DNA of 64,000 nt from Mobula hypostoma (lineage: Eukaryota), in NCBI RefSeq assembly GCF_963921235.1, contig NC_086097.1:139688001-139752000 (forward strand), read 5' to 3'. Both the position numbers and the translations under genes were made by a program. The notes under the pieces were generated by a model. The model did no database searches. It had not been told where the DNA came from and saw only the letters and a list, made by a program, of their open reading frames with translations. How positions within the stretch are numbered: the stretch's first letter is position 1; each line of letters opens with the position of its first letter. Of the stretch, positions 11,260 through 24,075 are shown piece by piece.

Positions 11260-14200
11260 TGGGTAAAATGAGGAGATAATAGAGAGGAACTATTGGCAAG
11301 TAGTCACACCGGGGCCTTGAGAGACAGATAAGTGGGTAACAGTCAGGAGAGGGAAGGGCAAAAGTCGGATACTAGAGAGTACCTGTAGCTATTTCCCCCC
11401 CCCTTAACAATAAGTACTCCTGTTTGAATACTGTTGGGTGGGGGGGGGGGAACGGCTTACCTGGAGGGTGCAACAGTGGCCATGCATCTGGCACAGAGTC
11501 TGGCTCTGTGGCTCAGAAGGGTAGGGAAAGGAAGAGGATGGCAGCAGTGATAGAGGACTCTATAGTTAGGGGGTCAGACAGGCGATTCTGTGGACGCATG
11601 AAAGAAATGCGGATGTAAGTTTCCCTCCCAGGTGCCAGGATGTTTCTGATCGCGTCCACGACATCCTGAAGTGGGAAGGTGAACAGCCAGAGGTCGTGAT
11701 ACGTATTGGTACCAGCAACATTGGTAGGAAAAGGGAGGAGGTCCTGAAAACAGACTACAGGGAGTTAGGAAGTTAGGAAGGAAGTTGAGAAGCAGGACCT
11801 CAAAGGTAGTAAAATCAGGATTACTGCTTGTGTCACGTGACAGTGAGTGTAGGAATAGAGTGAGGTGGAGGATAAATGCGTGGCTGAGGAATTGGAGCAG
11901 GGGGCAGGGATTCAGATTTCTGTACCATTGGGACCTCTTTTGGGGCAGGAGTGACCTGTATAAAAAGGATGGGTTGCAATAGAGTCCAAGGGGGACCAAT
12001 ATCCTAGCAGGGAGGTTTGCTAAGGCTATTGGGGAGAGTTTAAACTAGAATTGCTGGGGTGGGTGGGAACTGAACTGAAGAGATGGAGGAAGGGGCAGTT
12101 GGCTCACAAATCAAGAAAGCTTGTAGACAGTGTGAGAGGGAGGATAGGCAGGTTATAGAAAAGGGATGCACTCAGACTGATGGTTTGAGATGTGTCTATT
12201 TTAATGCAAGGAGTGTCATGAACAAAGTGGATGAGTTTAGAGCATGGATCAGTACTTGGAGCTATGATGTTGTGGCCATTACAGAGACTTGGGTGGCTCA
12301 AGGGCAGGAATGGCTACTTCAAGTGCCAGGCTTCAGATGTTTCAGAAAGCACAGGGAGGGAGGCAAAAGAGGTGGGGACGTGGCACTGCTGATCAGAGGT
12401 AGTGTCACGCTGCAGAAAAGGTTGAAGTCATGTTTTTTTATAGAGGAGCAAATAGGGAGACAGATTCTAGAAAGATACAGTAACAACAGGGTTGTTGTGG
12501 GAGATTTTAATTTCCCCAATATTGGCATATGGCATGTCTTGGGCGTCTGAAACCTGGCGGAGCCCATCCCCCTCCAGATTTTTTTTTTACAAGGTCGAGT
12601 TGTTAGCTCGACACTCAACCCAGGCACGGATGGAGAGCGTGCAAGGGAGCCGGCTGGATTTGAACTCGGGACCTCTCGCCCCAAAGTCCAGCGCTGATGC
12701 CACTATGCCACCAGCCGGTACACACAGTATGTAGATAAGCCTATAAGAGGAGTTGCTGTACTTGATCTGTTATTGGGAAATGAGCCCAGTCAGGTGTCAG
12801 GTCTCTTAGTGGGAGAGCATTTTGGAGATAGTGATCACAATTCTATCTCCTTTACCATAGCATTGGAGAGGGATAGGAACAGACAAGTTAGAGAAGCATT
12901 TAACTGGAGTATGGGTAAATATGAAGCTATCAGGCAGGAACTTGGAAGCATAAAATGGGAACAGATGTCCTCAGAGAAATGTACGGCAAAATGTGGCAAA
13001 TGTTCATGGGATATTTGCATGGCATTCTGCATAGGTACGTTCCAATGAGACAGGGAAGGAATAATAGGGTACAGGAACTATGGTGTACAAAGGCTGGTGA
13101 AAATCTAGTTAAGAAGAAAAGAAAAGCTTGCTAAAGGTTCAAAAAACTAAGTAATGACAGAGACCTAGAAGATTATAAGGCTAACAGGAAGGAGCTTAAG
13201 AATGAAATTAGAGCCAGAGGGGGCCATGAGAAGGCCTTGGCGAGCAGGATTAAGGAAAACCAAGGCATTCTACAAGTACGTGAAGAACAAGAGGATAAGA
13301 CATGTGAAAATGGGACCAGTCAGGTGTGACTGTGGAAAAGTGTGTATGGAACTGGAGGAGATAGCAGAGGTACTTAATGAATATTTTGCTTCAGTATTCA
13401 CTACGGAAAAGGATCTTGGTGACTGTAAGGATGACTTACAGCGGACTGAAAAGCTTGAGCATTTTGACATTAAGAAAGAGGATGTGCTGAAGGTTTTAGA
13501 AAGCATCAAGTTGGATAAGTCACTGGGACTGGATGAGATATACCCCAGGTTACTGTGGGAGGTGAGGGAGGAGATTGCTGAGCCTCTGGCGATGATCTTT
13601 GCATTATCAATGGAGACAGTAGAGGTTCCGGAGGATTGGAGGGTTGCGGATGTTGTTCCTTTATTCAAGAAACGGAGTAGAGATAGCCCAGGAAACTATA
13701 GACCAGTGAATCTTACTAGAGAAGGTCCTGAGAAGCGGGATATATGAACATTTGGAGAGGCATAATATGATTAGGAATAGTCATCATGGCTTTGTCAAAG
13801 GCAGGTCGTGCCTTACGAGCCTGATTGAATTTTTTGAGGATGTGACTAAACACATTGATGAAAGTACAGCAGTAGATGCAGTGTATATGGATTTCAGCAA
13901 GGCATTTTATAAGGTACCCCATGCAAGACTTATTGAGAAAGTAAGGAGGCATGGGATCCAAGGGGAGCTTGCTTTGTGGATCCAAAATTAACTTGCTCAG
14001 AGAAGGCAAAGAGTGGTTGTAGACAGGTCATATTCTGCATGGAATGGTTGTAGATGGGTCATATTCTGCATGGAGGTTGATGACCAGTGGTGTGCCTTAG
14101 GGATCTGTTCTGGGACCCCTACTCTTTGTGATTTCTATAAATGACTTGGATGAGGAAGTGGAGGGATGTATTAGTAAATTTGCTGATGACACAAAGGTTG

Positions 14201-15075
14201 GGGGTGTCGTGAATAGTGTAAAGAGCTGTCAGAGGTTACAGCGGGACATTGATAGGATGTAAAACTGGGCTGAGAAGTGACAGATGGAGTTTAACCCAGA
14301 TAAGTGTGAGGTAGTTCATTTTGGTAGGTCAAATGTGATGGCAGGATATAATATTAATGGTAAGACTCTCTGGCATTGCAGAGGATCAGAGGGATCTTGG
14401 GGTCCGTGTCCATAGGACACTCAAAGCTGCTGTGTAGGTTGACTGTGGTTGAGAAGGCATACGGTTCATTGGCCTTCGTCAACTGTGGGGTTGAGTTCAA
14501 CAGCTGAGAGGTAATGTTACAGCTGTATAGGATCCTGGTCAGCACTTGGAGTACTGTGTTCAGTTTTGGTCACCTCACTACAGTAAGGATGTAGAAACTA
14601 TAGAAAGGGTGCAGAGGAAATTTACAAGGATGTTGCCTGGATTGGGGAGCATGCCTTACAGGAATAGGTTGAGTGAACTCAGCCTTTTCTCCTTGGAGTG
14701 ATGGAGGATGAGAGGTGACCTGGTAGAGGTGTATATGATGAAGAGAGGCATTAATCATGTGGATAGTCAGAAGCTTTTTCTCAGGACTGAAATGTTAAGC
14801 ACGAGAGGGCACAGTTTTAAGGTGCTTGGAAGTAGGTACAGAGGGGATGTCAGGGGTAAGTTTTTTATGCAGAGTGGTGAGTGTGTGGAATGGGCTGCCA
14901 GCGACTGTGGAGGCAGATTCAATAGGGTCTTTTAACAGTCTCCTGGATAGGTACATGGAGCTTAGAAGAATAGAGGGCTCTGGGTAACCCTAGGTAATTT
15001 CTAAAGTAGGTACATGTTCGGCACAGCATTGCGGGCTGAAGGACCTGTATTGTGCTGCAAGTTTTCTATGTTTCC
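11260..15075 (+). mobile_element. Long degenerate CR1 LINE (ORF1 esterase part plus broken ORF2 endonuclease-RT)
   Basis: ORF1 remnants DSIVRG and INAWLRNW..HWDLFWGRSDLYKKDG. ORF2 remnants YFNARS, ITETW, GDSDH, NYRPV, HGFVKGRSCLTSL and KFADDTK. (TTTCTATG)-type tail near 15062. Confidence 0.92.
12527..12718 (-). mobile_element. tRNA-derived SINE inserted in CR1
   Basis: Minus strand begins CCGGCTGGTGGCATAGTGG (Pol III A box), followed by GAGTTCAAATCC (B box) and an A-run. Confidence 0.75.
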
Positions 15076-16735
15076 ATCTGCTATTTTTCAACCCATACCT
15101 GCAACTGATCTATATTGTACTGTATTCTTTGTCAGTCTTCTACACTATCCACAACTCCACCAATCATCCACAAATTTACTGACCCACCCATCTACATTTT
15201 CATCCAGGTCATTTATATACATTATAAATAGCAGAGGAACCACCACCGATCCCTGTAGAACTCCTCAAACTACAGACCTCCAACTGCATAAGCCAGTTCT
15301 GAAGCCAAACAGTCAATTTGCCACGGATCCCTTGTCTTAATCTTCTAGGTTAGCCTCCCATGAGAGACTTTGTCAAACGCCTTACTAAAATCCATTGTAA
15401 AGAACATCCACTGCCTTACTCTCATCAATCTCTTGTCACCTTGTCAAAAAACTCAGTTTAGTTGGTAAGGTATGACTTGCCACACACACAGCCACGCTGA
15501 CTCTCCCTAATTAGGTCATGGGTTTCAAATGTTCATATCCTATCCCTAAGAATTTTCTCCAGCAATTTCCCTACAACTAACATGCGACTCACCGGTCTGT
15601 AGTTCCCAGGATTTTCCCCCGTTTCCTTCTTAAACAGAGGTATGACTTTAGCCACTTGCCAGTTCTCCAGGACCTTGCCTGAGGCTATGGAGGACACAGA
15701 TACGGGTCAAGAGCCCAACAGTCTCGTCAATTGCCTCCTTCAATAATCTGGGGTAAATCCCATCAGGCCCTGGGGACTTATCCACCTTAATACTCATTAG
15801 GAGGCCCAACAGTTCCTCCTCTTTGACCTCTAAATGCCCTAACTTACTTGTACATTTAGCACTGATCTCCTGACCCTCTATATTCTTTTCCTGTGTAAAT
15901 ACTGAAGCAAGGTACTCATTAAGTACCTCACTGACATTCTTTGCATCCATCCCACCTTTATCCTTAAGTGGTCCCACCCTTTCGCTAGCTATCCTCTACT
16001 CTTGATGTATGTTTAGGATGCCTTGGGATTCACCTTAATCCTACTTGCTAAGGACTTTTCATGGCCCCTCATGGCTTTCCTAATTCCCTTCTTTAGTTCT
16101 TTTCTGGCTCATTTATATTCCTTCACGTGCTCCATTTGATCCTGACTTCTTTACATACTTTTCCTTTTTTTTCTTGACTAAATTTATCCTCCCTCTGGGC
16201 ATCCGAGGTTCTCTTATCTTTCCATCCTTATCCGTCCTTTTAACAGGAACATACCTTTCCATACTCTGCAATTGATCTTCAAACACCATCTGTATGTCTG
16301 ATGTGGACTTGCCGGAGAAAATGTTCATGATTAACACTTAGTTCCTGCCTAATGCCCTTGTAATTTTCCCTACTCCAATTTAAAACACTCCCACAAGAAC
16401 CATACCTATCCTTATCTAAGCTATCCTTAAAGTTAAGGAATTGTGGTTAATTTTCCCTAACTGTTCACCCACTGAAAGGTCAGTCACATGCCAGGCACAT
16501 TACCCAACACCAGGTCCAGTACGGCCCCTCCTCTGTTTGGACCATACACATTGAATTAAGAAACCTTCCTGGATACACTTAACAAGTTTTGCCCTATCTA
16601 AACCCCTTACACTAAGTATGTCCCAGTTTATATTGGGGAAGTTGAAATCTCCCCATGACAACAAAGGAATTATTTTTACACATTTCCTTAATCTGATTAC
16701 ACATCTGTTTCTGAATGTCCCAGTGTCTATTAGGG

Positions 16736-17689
16736 CAGCGGTCCCCAAACACCGGGCCGTGGACCAGTACCAGGCCACAAAACATGTGCTACCGGGCTGC
16801 GAGGAAACTATATGCTGTCCTGACGAAGGGTCTCGGTCCGAAACGCCTCTTCCTAGAGATGCTACCTGGCCTGCTGCGTTCACCAGCAACTTTTATGTGT
16901 GTTGCTTGAAATTCCAGCATTTGCACGCACTGTTGAACTTGAACATATGCTTGCCAACTGTCCCGTATTTGCCAGGACATCCCGTATAGTGTATTGGGCT
17001 AAATTGGTTTGTCCCATACCAGACCGCCCTTGTCCCGTATTTCCCCCGCTAAGGTAGAGCGTTCCTATGAAATCTTTCGTGCCGAAATGGTGTAAAGTGC
17101 AGAAGCAATTACCATTAATTTATATGGGAAAAATTTGTGAGCGTTCCCAGACCCAAAAAGTAACCTACCAAATCATACCAAATAACACATAAAACATAAA
17201 ATAACTCTAACATATAGTAAAAGCAGGAATGATATGATAAATACACAGCCTATATAAAGTAGAAATAATGTACGTTCAATGTATTGGGATTAAGCCAATT
17301 TATGGGGGAAAACATCGGCACGTACGCGCATGCGCATGTCACATGCGCACGAAGGTGCCGCGCAAGGCTTCATGGTCATGGTAGTCTTTCTCGGGGTAAA
17401 CACAAAGTGTCCTGTCAACACACACAAAAAATGCTGGTGAATGCAGCAGGCCGGGCAGCAGCTATAGGAAGAGGTGTAGTCGACGTTCAGGCCAGGACCC
17501 TTCATCAGGATTTGACTGCTACTTTTGTCCCTTATTTGGGAGTGAGAAAGTTGGCGACCCTAACTGTAAAAGACATGTTGAGGTGAGTTTAACCCTACTT
17601 AAACACCCCCGCCCTCCGGATCGACCAGTCCGCTAGAATACTGTCAATATTAAACCGGTCCGCGATGAAAAGAAGGTTGGGGACCCCTG
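16736..17689. mobile_element. hAT (Charlie-like) MITE
   Basis: TIRs CAGCGGTCCCCAAAC ... GGTTGGGGACCCCTG. 8-bp target duplication TATTAGGG (16728-16735) and TATTAGAG (17690-17697). Confidence 0.8.
16947..17562. mobile_element. Second hAT (Blackjack-like) MITE nested in the Charlie-like element
   Basis: Left end ..TTGCCAACTGTCCCGTATTTGCC and right end AGTTGGCGACCCTA (TAGGGTTGCCAAC-type TIR, left copy eroded). Subterminal TCCCGTA repeats. Confidence 0.55.
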
Positions 17690-19021
17690 TATTAGAGGGT
17701 TTGTAGTACAATCCCGTCAGTGTGATTGCACCCTTCCTATTCCTGAGTTCCACCAAACAGACTCGGTGCCTGACCACTCCATTATGTCTCCTCTGAGTGC
17801 AGCTGTGATATTGTCCCTGATTAGTAGTGCAACTCCAACCCTCTTTTACCTCCTCCATCTTTTCTAAAAACTTAAAAATCCTGGTACATTAATCACCAAT
17901 TCCTGCCCCCCTCTCAACCAAGTTTCAGAAATAATCCATGCTCTAAATTCTTCACCCTTGCCCGTAATACTCTAGCACACTGCATGCCATCCAACTCATC
18001 ATATCTGTTATTTCAATTTTGCCTTTCAATACATTCGCCGATATCTACCTTCTGGTCCTATCCTTGCTTTCCTGACCTGGGGCTCTGGTTCCCAGCCACC
18101 TGCAGAGCTAATTTAAACTCTCTCGAGTAGCATCAGCAAACTTCACGGCTGGGTTATTGGTTTCCCTCCAGTTCAGGTGCAACCAGTACAGGTCACCTCT
18201 TCCCCAGAAAAGGTTCCAACGATTCAAGAACTCAGCCCTGTCCCCTGAACCATCTCCTCAGCCACCCATTCATCTGTGCTATCACCCCATTCCCACCTGC
18301 ACTAGCCCATGCGGGGAGTAATCTAGAGATTACAACCTTGGAGGTTCTTCTCTTTAGCCTTTTTCCTTGAAGGAGGAACTTGTGTAATGCAGTAACGTTC
18401 TGAGAATCTGCTATTCCTGTTGTTGGGACATCTGAGTCCCAGTCCCTGCACTCCCCTTAACCTCACCAAAGCCCCAATTTCTCTACTCTCCTTAATCTCA
18501 CTAAGTTTGTTTTAAAAAATATATATACTACTTTGTAACTTCGTGGGGTTGGGCAGAGAACTAAGAGTGTAGAGCTATTAACATCAACACTCCAAAAAAA
18601 AAATGCTAGTCTGGCACCAGTGAAGTCACAGGCCTGCTGGATTAATGTAGTTTTACTGTAACAGTGATAGATGATGAAGTAAAATAGGTTTAAATAGGTT
18701 TCTTAAGACTGGAATTCTGTGATTCAGACACTTGATTTGTGATTATTTTAGAAATGATCATTGCAAGCATTATTTTGGGATTTGTACTTGATGAAAGCCT
18801 CCTCTTCCTTCAGCTGTTGAAGATTCAGTCAGAATGTTCTCACAAATTAGTGTTTTTGCATTGTAATTATCTTGTTACTACTGCTAATGTAAAAGTAAAC
18901 TTGGCTGGATTAACAGGAGCTCTCTGGAATGCAATGTTAGTTTTTAAATATTGTCTTGAGTAGTTTGAACTGTCATTTGTGGACTTCAGCTCTAGTGACT
19001 GTGATTTTTGTAAAATACTAG

Positions 19022-19139
19022 GTATCAAGCTGGATGGTTCCCATTCAGGCAGGATGCACCAAATGGACATCCAGCAAATCAACCAGCAGACTTCAACCAG
19101 GAAGCACAGGAGGATAATGCCCTTGAAGTACATGAAATG
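19022..19139 (+). CDS. HERPUD2: HERPUD2 penultimate coding exon (not in the ORF track)
   Basis: Acceptor tactag at 19021 and donor gtgagt at 19140. TT|G completes Leu, then YQAGWFPFRQDAPNGHPANQPADFNQEAQEDNALEVHEM. The 118 bp keep frame with both neighbours. Confidence 0.93.
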
Positions 19140-19881
19140 GTGAGTTTGAAACAAATATTTCAGTGTAGCCATTGTAAATCCTAGATACACCAGTGTGAAT
19201 TCATAGCACATGTAGGTCTCCACTTTACTATTTAATGTGGAAATGGGGTGCTAGTTTATAAATATGTGCACTGGATACCCAAGGTGATGTATGATGATAC
19301 TATGAAGGATGTGCTTAAAGCATGACAAATTAGCAGAAATTGATGTCTCACTTCCCCATCTGGATCAGCATGCTGAAAACAGTATCCAGATAAATTTGTA
19401 TTTGTGCCATATACTGATGGATTAAAAATCTTCCAAAGTCTGGCCTTAGTGCTGTAATCGAAAACTACAAAACCATAGCAAAGAGAATTAAGAGGAAAAA
19501 GGGGTAGGGGTGAATTTGTGATCTGTATGAAGCTTTCGTTCACGATGTAAAGCAGAGAGGTATTTTATAATAGCAACATGAATGATGAAATCAGCCCAGA
19601 GTGTTTCACGCAGGAAATGGAGTCTCCTAATGACACTTCTGTGATGGGCATCTCTCACATTTGAATGTTTCTGCTAAACCATCTTTATAGAGAGTTTGTG
19701 AATCTGCAGGTTGAACCATGTCACTATAAATCTTTGAAGGTTGGTATTATTGGCCCACTTTGGGATTTTCCTGTGAGGGGTGGAATAGCCCAGCGTGTAC
19801 AACACTTTGAACGTTGTGGGTCAGCACCCTCAGTGCAGGCAGTACTGCGCTCATCGTAACCAGCTGTGCTTTGCTTTCCAG

Positions 19882-20070
19882 GAGCGTCTCATGGACGAAG
19901 GTCTGGATGACGATAGCTGGGAGAGTGGCGACAGTGGTGACAGTGGAGATGACACCACGGAAAGCGCAGGAGGGGCAGAGCCCCCTGGTTTCATGGCTTC
20001 AGCATGGTCATTCGTCACCACCTTCTTCACCTCTCTCATTCCTGAAGGTCCCCCTCAAGTTGGCAACTAG
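19882..20070 (+). CDS. HERPUD2: HERPUD2 last coding exon
   Basis: Acceptor tttccag at 19881. Encodes ERLMDEGLDD...PGFMASAWSFVTTFFTSLIPEGPPQVGN*, the HERPUD2-type C-terminus. Confidence 0.96.
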   Translation, partial: ERLMDEGLDDDSWESGDSGDSGDDTTESAGGAEPPGFMASAWSFVTTFFTSLIPEGPPQVGN

Positions 20071-22345
20071 GACATGCAGTGGACTTCTCAACTTTGCTGC
20101 TCCCTACAGTTGTATATTTAAGTGACACTTGCTGAAAAGAAACTCCAAACACCTCAGATGTGGAAGTGTGCCCAACCCTTTTTTTTTTGCATTGCTATTG
20201 CTGCTGCAGTCCCCATGGGGTTCAGTTTGTTGAGTTGTTCTCCAGATCAAATCATCCTTTGATTGCGCCCAACATTTAGCATGCACTAATGAAAATTCCT
20301 ACATGAAGAGAAAATGAAATTGAAAGGAAATTGCATATTTTTCTTTGGGTTTTTTTGTTATAACTGTCACCAGCTGTTATTGTGGTCATGGTGGTGGAGA
20401 TACATAAATGGAACAGTTCTTGCTGGTTGACACTTGGATAAGGAGGAATCTGGTTAACATTACATTTTTTGGCTGACTTGTAAGGATACACGTGCAATCT
20501 AAATTTGCTAACATATCAGTCACACATGGCATTACTTTTTTGGCTTCAGCATTTTTCATTGGTTGCCAGCCTAAGGCTCTGGAACAGTTTCCTGGCACAA
20601 TGTTGCTGGCTATTGACTGGTTAGTTTGGATTTTGAAGCTCAGTTGGCTTCATTTGATTTGTATTTTGATCTGAGTTTGAGGTAATTTCCCCTCTCCTCC
20701 TCCCCACCAGATATTTTACCCGATCCCTGGGTTTGTGCTTACTGGTAGCAGTAAACAATTTCATCTCAACTTCGATCACTTGACACTCTGGGGCTTACAT
20801 GAAAAAAAGCTGTAGTTTGGGATTTCAGAGACAAATCCAATGTAATTTGTACTTGTTATATACATACTTTTTAAAATTGCTTTTACATTTTAAAAACTCA
20901 TTTTAGAATTGTATATTTTACTACTTTGCCTTTTGGGCATTGAAGGCATAACTGCTCAATTGGCGGTTTTCATTTGGAGATGGCTAGAGATGGTGATGTA
21001 ACTCGTGCATATGTTACTGATGTAGTGGAAGTGTGAGAGCATAGCAGTGTAAATACATGATCTGTTTGAGTGTTCCCAGCCTGAACAGCAATAAATGCTA
21101 CATATAGGATTAGCAGCACTGTTTGGTACTTCAGAAGGCCAAATAAACTCGGTGTCTGCAGCATGCTAACATACTTTTAACAATAGTGTCACAGCGAAAT
21201 ACTGTTTGCTAGGGGGGAAAAGCAAATAATGATTATTTGAATAAACATTGACACATGCATATAGTATCGCATGAAAGGGCCATATACCCTCAGTGTTTTG
21301 TTATAACTGAAATTCATAACCTCCCTGAACTGGGAAGGAACTTTCTCTATTTGTCCCGTTAAGTGTACTAAGAATGGTACAAAGGGCATGTAGGGGTGCC
21401 CAGCATTATTACTGGATTCACAAGCACACCTGTGTTATTCATTAAAGAACATGCATTTGGATCACACTGCAGCAGGAGTTTAAATAAAAGTAAAACTAGA
21501 GTAAAGCTGGCAACAGGTGATTATGGTCATGAAACTGTTGAGTTATTGTAAAAACAGGTGTCTCACTAATAATCTGAGAAAAGGAAATCTGCCACCCTTG
21601 CCTACTTTGGTGATTTTGCCTGCGTGATTTAAACACTTCAATGTGGATCTCTCTCAACTGATCTTTAAGTTCACTTAATGTCATCAAGTCCAAGGACTAG
21701 GTGTAGGTGGGCAACGATGCCAGTGTAGTCCACATCCTGACTAATAAAAATGTGTCCTAAATTAATATCTTTGGTCCCTCAGATTTTCTCCGAAGGCTGG
21801 GTGCACCTGGCGTGTCTTGGGCAAGTGTTTCTGGTTCCTATGGCCTATTTCTGCTGTTGCTCAGTGTCAAGGTTCCTCATCCACTTCAGTCTCCTCCCTT
21901 GACAGCTAGTAAGCAGAAAGCTTTCATTTCACCCCATGTACTTGATCATCAAGTCACGCGGAGGTAAAATTTTAGCCTCTTTTACAGGAACCAGTTGTGT
22001 CTGCTCTACAGTTTTACATTCAGTGGATCACTGAAATTTTGTTGCTGCTGCAATTTATCTTAATTTGTAAATAAATTTCCACTTTATTTTAGTCCAGTAT
22101 AGTGTCATGGAATTCCATGTCTGAGTTGTTATATATATATATATATATCACTGCATCAAGTTTTGTTGTGCCAAATTTCATTTCTATACATCTGACCTGT
22201 TTGAAGAACTGAAGGTGGGAGAAGGCCTCTTTTACATTTACCAATCACGGCCATTAACTGCTCTGTTCCTGAAATGAGATTGATGAGAATGCATCAACTT
22301 TTTTAGGGTAGTATCTATATGCAGAAGTAAAATAAGCACGTGTCT
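20071..22345 (+). other. Probable HERPUD2 3' UTR region (end uncertain)
   Basis: Largely repeat-poor AU-rich sequence after the stop. Several AATAAA hexamers (about 21090, 21141, 21240, 21484, 21743, 22069). Which one is used cannot be determined. Confidence 0.45.
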
Positions 22346-22804
22346 TTTTAACTATATTCCTTTTGTAGCTACAAAAGTAGCTGTGTGATATTTTAGGAAA
22401 GCTAAATGTTTGTATTTCTTTATTTCCATTATTTAGCTAGAAACTTTTGTCTGGAAGCTACAGGTGCATTTTCCCTATATAATGTATACAGCCAGCTCCC
22501 ACAGGCAAAAGAAAATAATGACCAGGCATTTTGTGTTGCCTTTTACATCAGTTTAGACAGGGACTTAGTTCCTCATCCCCTGCTACAGCAGCACACATTC
22601 AGAACTCCACACAAATCCAAGTTGTTGATTCTAGTCTGTCTGTCATAAAGATCCTCAAACTAAATTTGACAATAAACCAAAGGAGGCACCAGGATGTGGA
22701 AAACGAACACCTCAGATCAGTGTCTGTGGGAGAAGAAACAGTTCTCTTTAAGGTCAAACTCCCTTGGTGAACTCGAGGAAAGAAAAAAAAAGCCTGGTCT
22801 CTCA

Positions 22805-23095
22805 GGCAGTGGCTCTCCTAGTCATGCCACCCACTATCGTTGTCAGAGACCCAGGTTCATTCCTAACTTCAGGTGCTGTCTGGAGTTTGCACGTTCTCCC
22901 TGTGACTGCATGTGTTTCTCCTGGGTGCTCCAGTTTCTAACCACATCCCAAAGGCATGTGGTTTGGCTGTTGTAAATTGCCCCCCCATGTGTGAGGGGTA
23001 GAATGTGGGGAGAATTAAATGAAATTGATATAAATGAATGGCTTCTGGTCAGCATGAACTTGAAGGGCCAGAGGACTTTTTTTCTGTGTTGTATA
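22805..23095 (+). mobile_element. V-SINE (HE1-like)
   Basis: V-domain core GGAGTTTGCACGTTCTCCCTGTGACTGCATGTGTTTCTCCTGGGTGCTCCAGTTTC and a CR1-like 3' tail. Confidence 0.75.
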
Positions 23096-23169
23096 TTTGT
23101 CAGTTAAATTTAGTTAAAGATTTGGTGAATATTAATGGGGTATGGCCAGGGCTTGGTTCTAGGCATTTA

Positions 23170-24075
23170 GGGCATGATTGCCAATGGGTGGATAATAGAC
23201 TGAATTGATTGCTTTGTGACCAAGTTTGCAGATAATACAAAGATAGGTGGAGAGTCAGGCAGTGTGGAGGAAGCAGAGAGTCTGCAAAAGTACTTGGACA
23301 GATTTGAAGAATGGACAATTAGGTAGCAGACGGAATAGAGTACAGGGAAGTGTACAATCATGCACTTTCATAAAAAGGAATAAAGGAATTCTAAATAAGG
23401 AACACATTCAGAAATCAGAGGTGCAAGGGGACTTGAGTCGTCATGCAGGATTCTGTAAAGGTTAACTTGCAGTTTGCCTTGATAGTAAGGAAGGCAAATG
23501 CATGCTAGCATTCATTCTGAGAGTAGAATATAATGCTGAGGCTTTAAAGTCATACTGCACTTGGAGTATTGACAGCAGTTTTGGGCCTCTTATCATGCAG
23601 CCATAGGAGAGGCCAGAGGTTGTTTATGAGACTGATCCAAGGAATGAAAGAGTTCATGTTTGGGGAATGTGTGATGTCTCTGGGCCTGTACTTAACTGGA
23701 GTTTCAAAGAATGTGGGGAGGTCTCATTGAAACCTTTTGAATATTGAAGGGCCTAGACAGAGTGGATGTGGAGAGGATGTTTCCTATAGTGGGGAAGTCT
23801 AGGACCAGAAATCCTAGAGGACGTCCCTTTAGAAAAGAGATGAGGAATTTCTTTAGCTGGAGGGTGGTGAGTCTATAATTCATTCAGACAATCGACTGTG
23901 GAGGCCAGGTATTGGACATAGTTAAAGGTTGATAGGTTCTTGATTAGTAAAAGCGTCAAAGGTTATGGGGAGAAGACGGGGGAATGGGGTTGAGATGAAT
24001 AATAAATCCGGCATGATGGAGCAGATTTGATGGGCTGAAAGTCTTAATTCTGCTCCTATGTCTTATGGCCTTGTC
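23170..24075 (+). mobile_element. CR1 LINE 3' fragment
   Basis: AAGTTTGCAGATAATACAAAG (KFADNTK) through a CR1-type 3' UTR. Confidence 0.75.

Larger units (their letters stand above)
15080..18370 (-). mobile_element. Degenerate CR1 LINE with nested insertions
   Basis: Remnants LNEYLASVFT, KSPGPDGIYPRLLKE, GDFNFPNINW and the ORF1 end LHLNWRETN...RESLN*. Confidence 0.85.

Noticed and set aside
12640..12718. tRNA-like sequence with A and B boxes
   Set aside because: No complete cloverleaf; it is the head of a SINE.
19575..19650. Possible intronic C/D snoRNA (ATGATGA box; a similar one lies near 18670)
   Set aside because: No properly placed CTGA D box or terminal stem was found.
7419..20070. 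HERPUD1 as the gene identity
   Set aside because: WMYT.SRA.ILLSIVYFYSSFSRF and the PPQV.N C-terminus, plus linkage to TBX20, fit HERPUD2.
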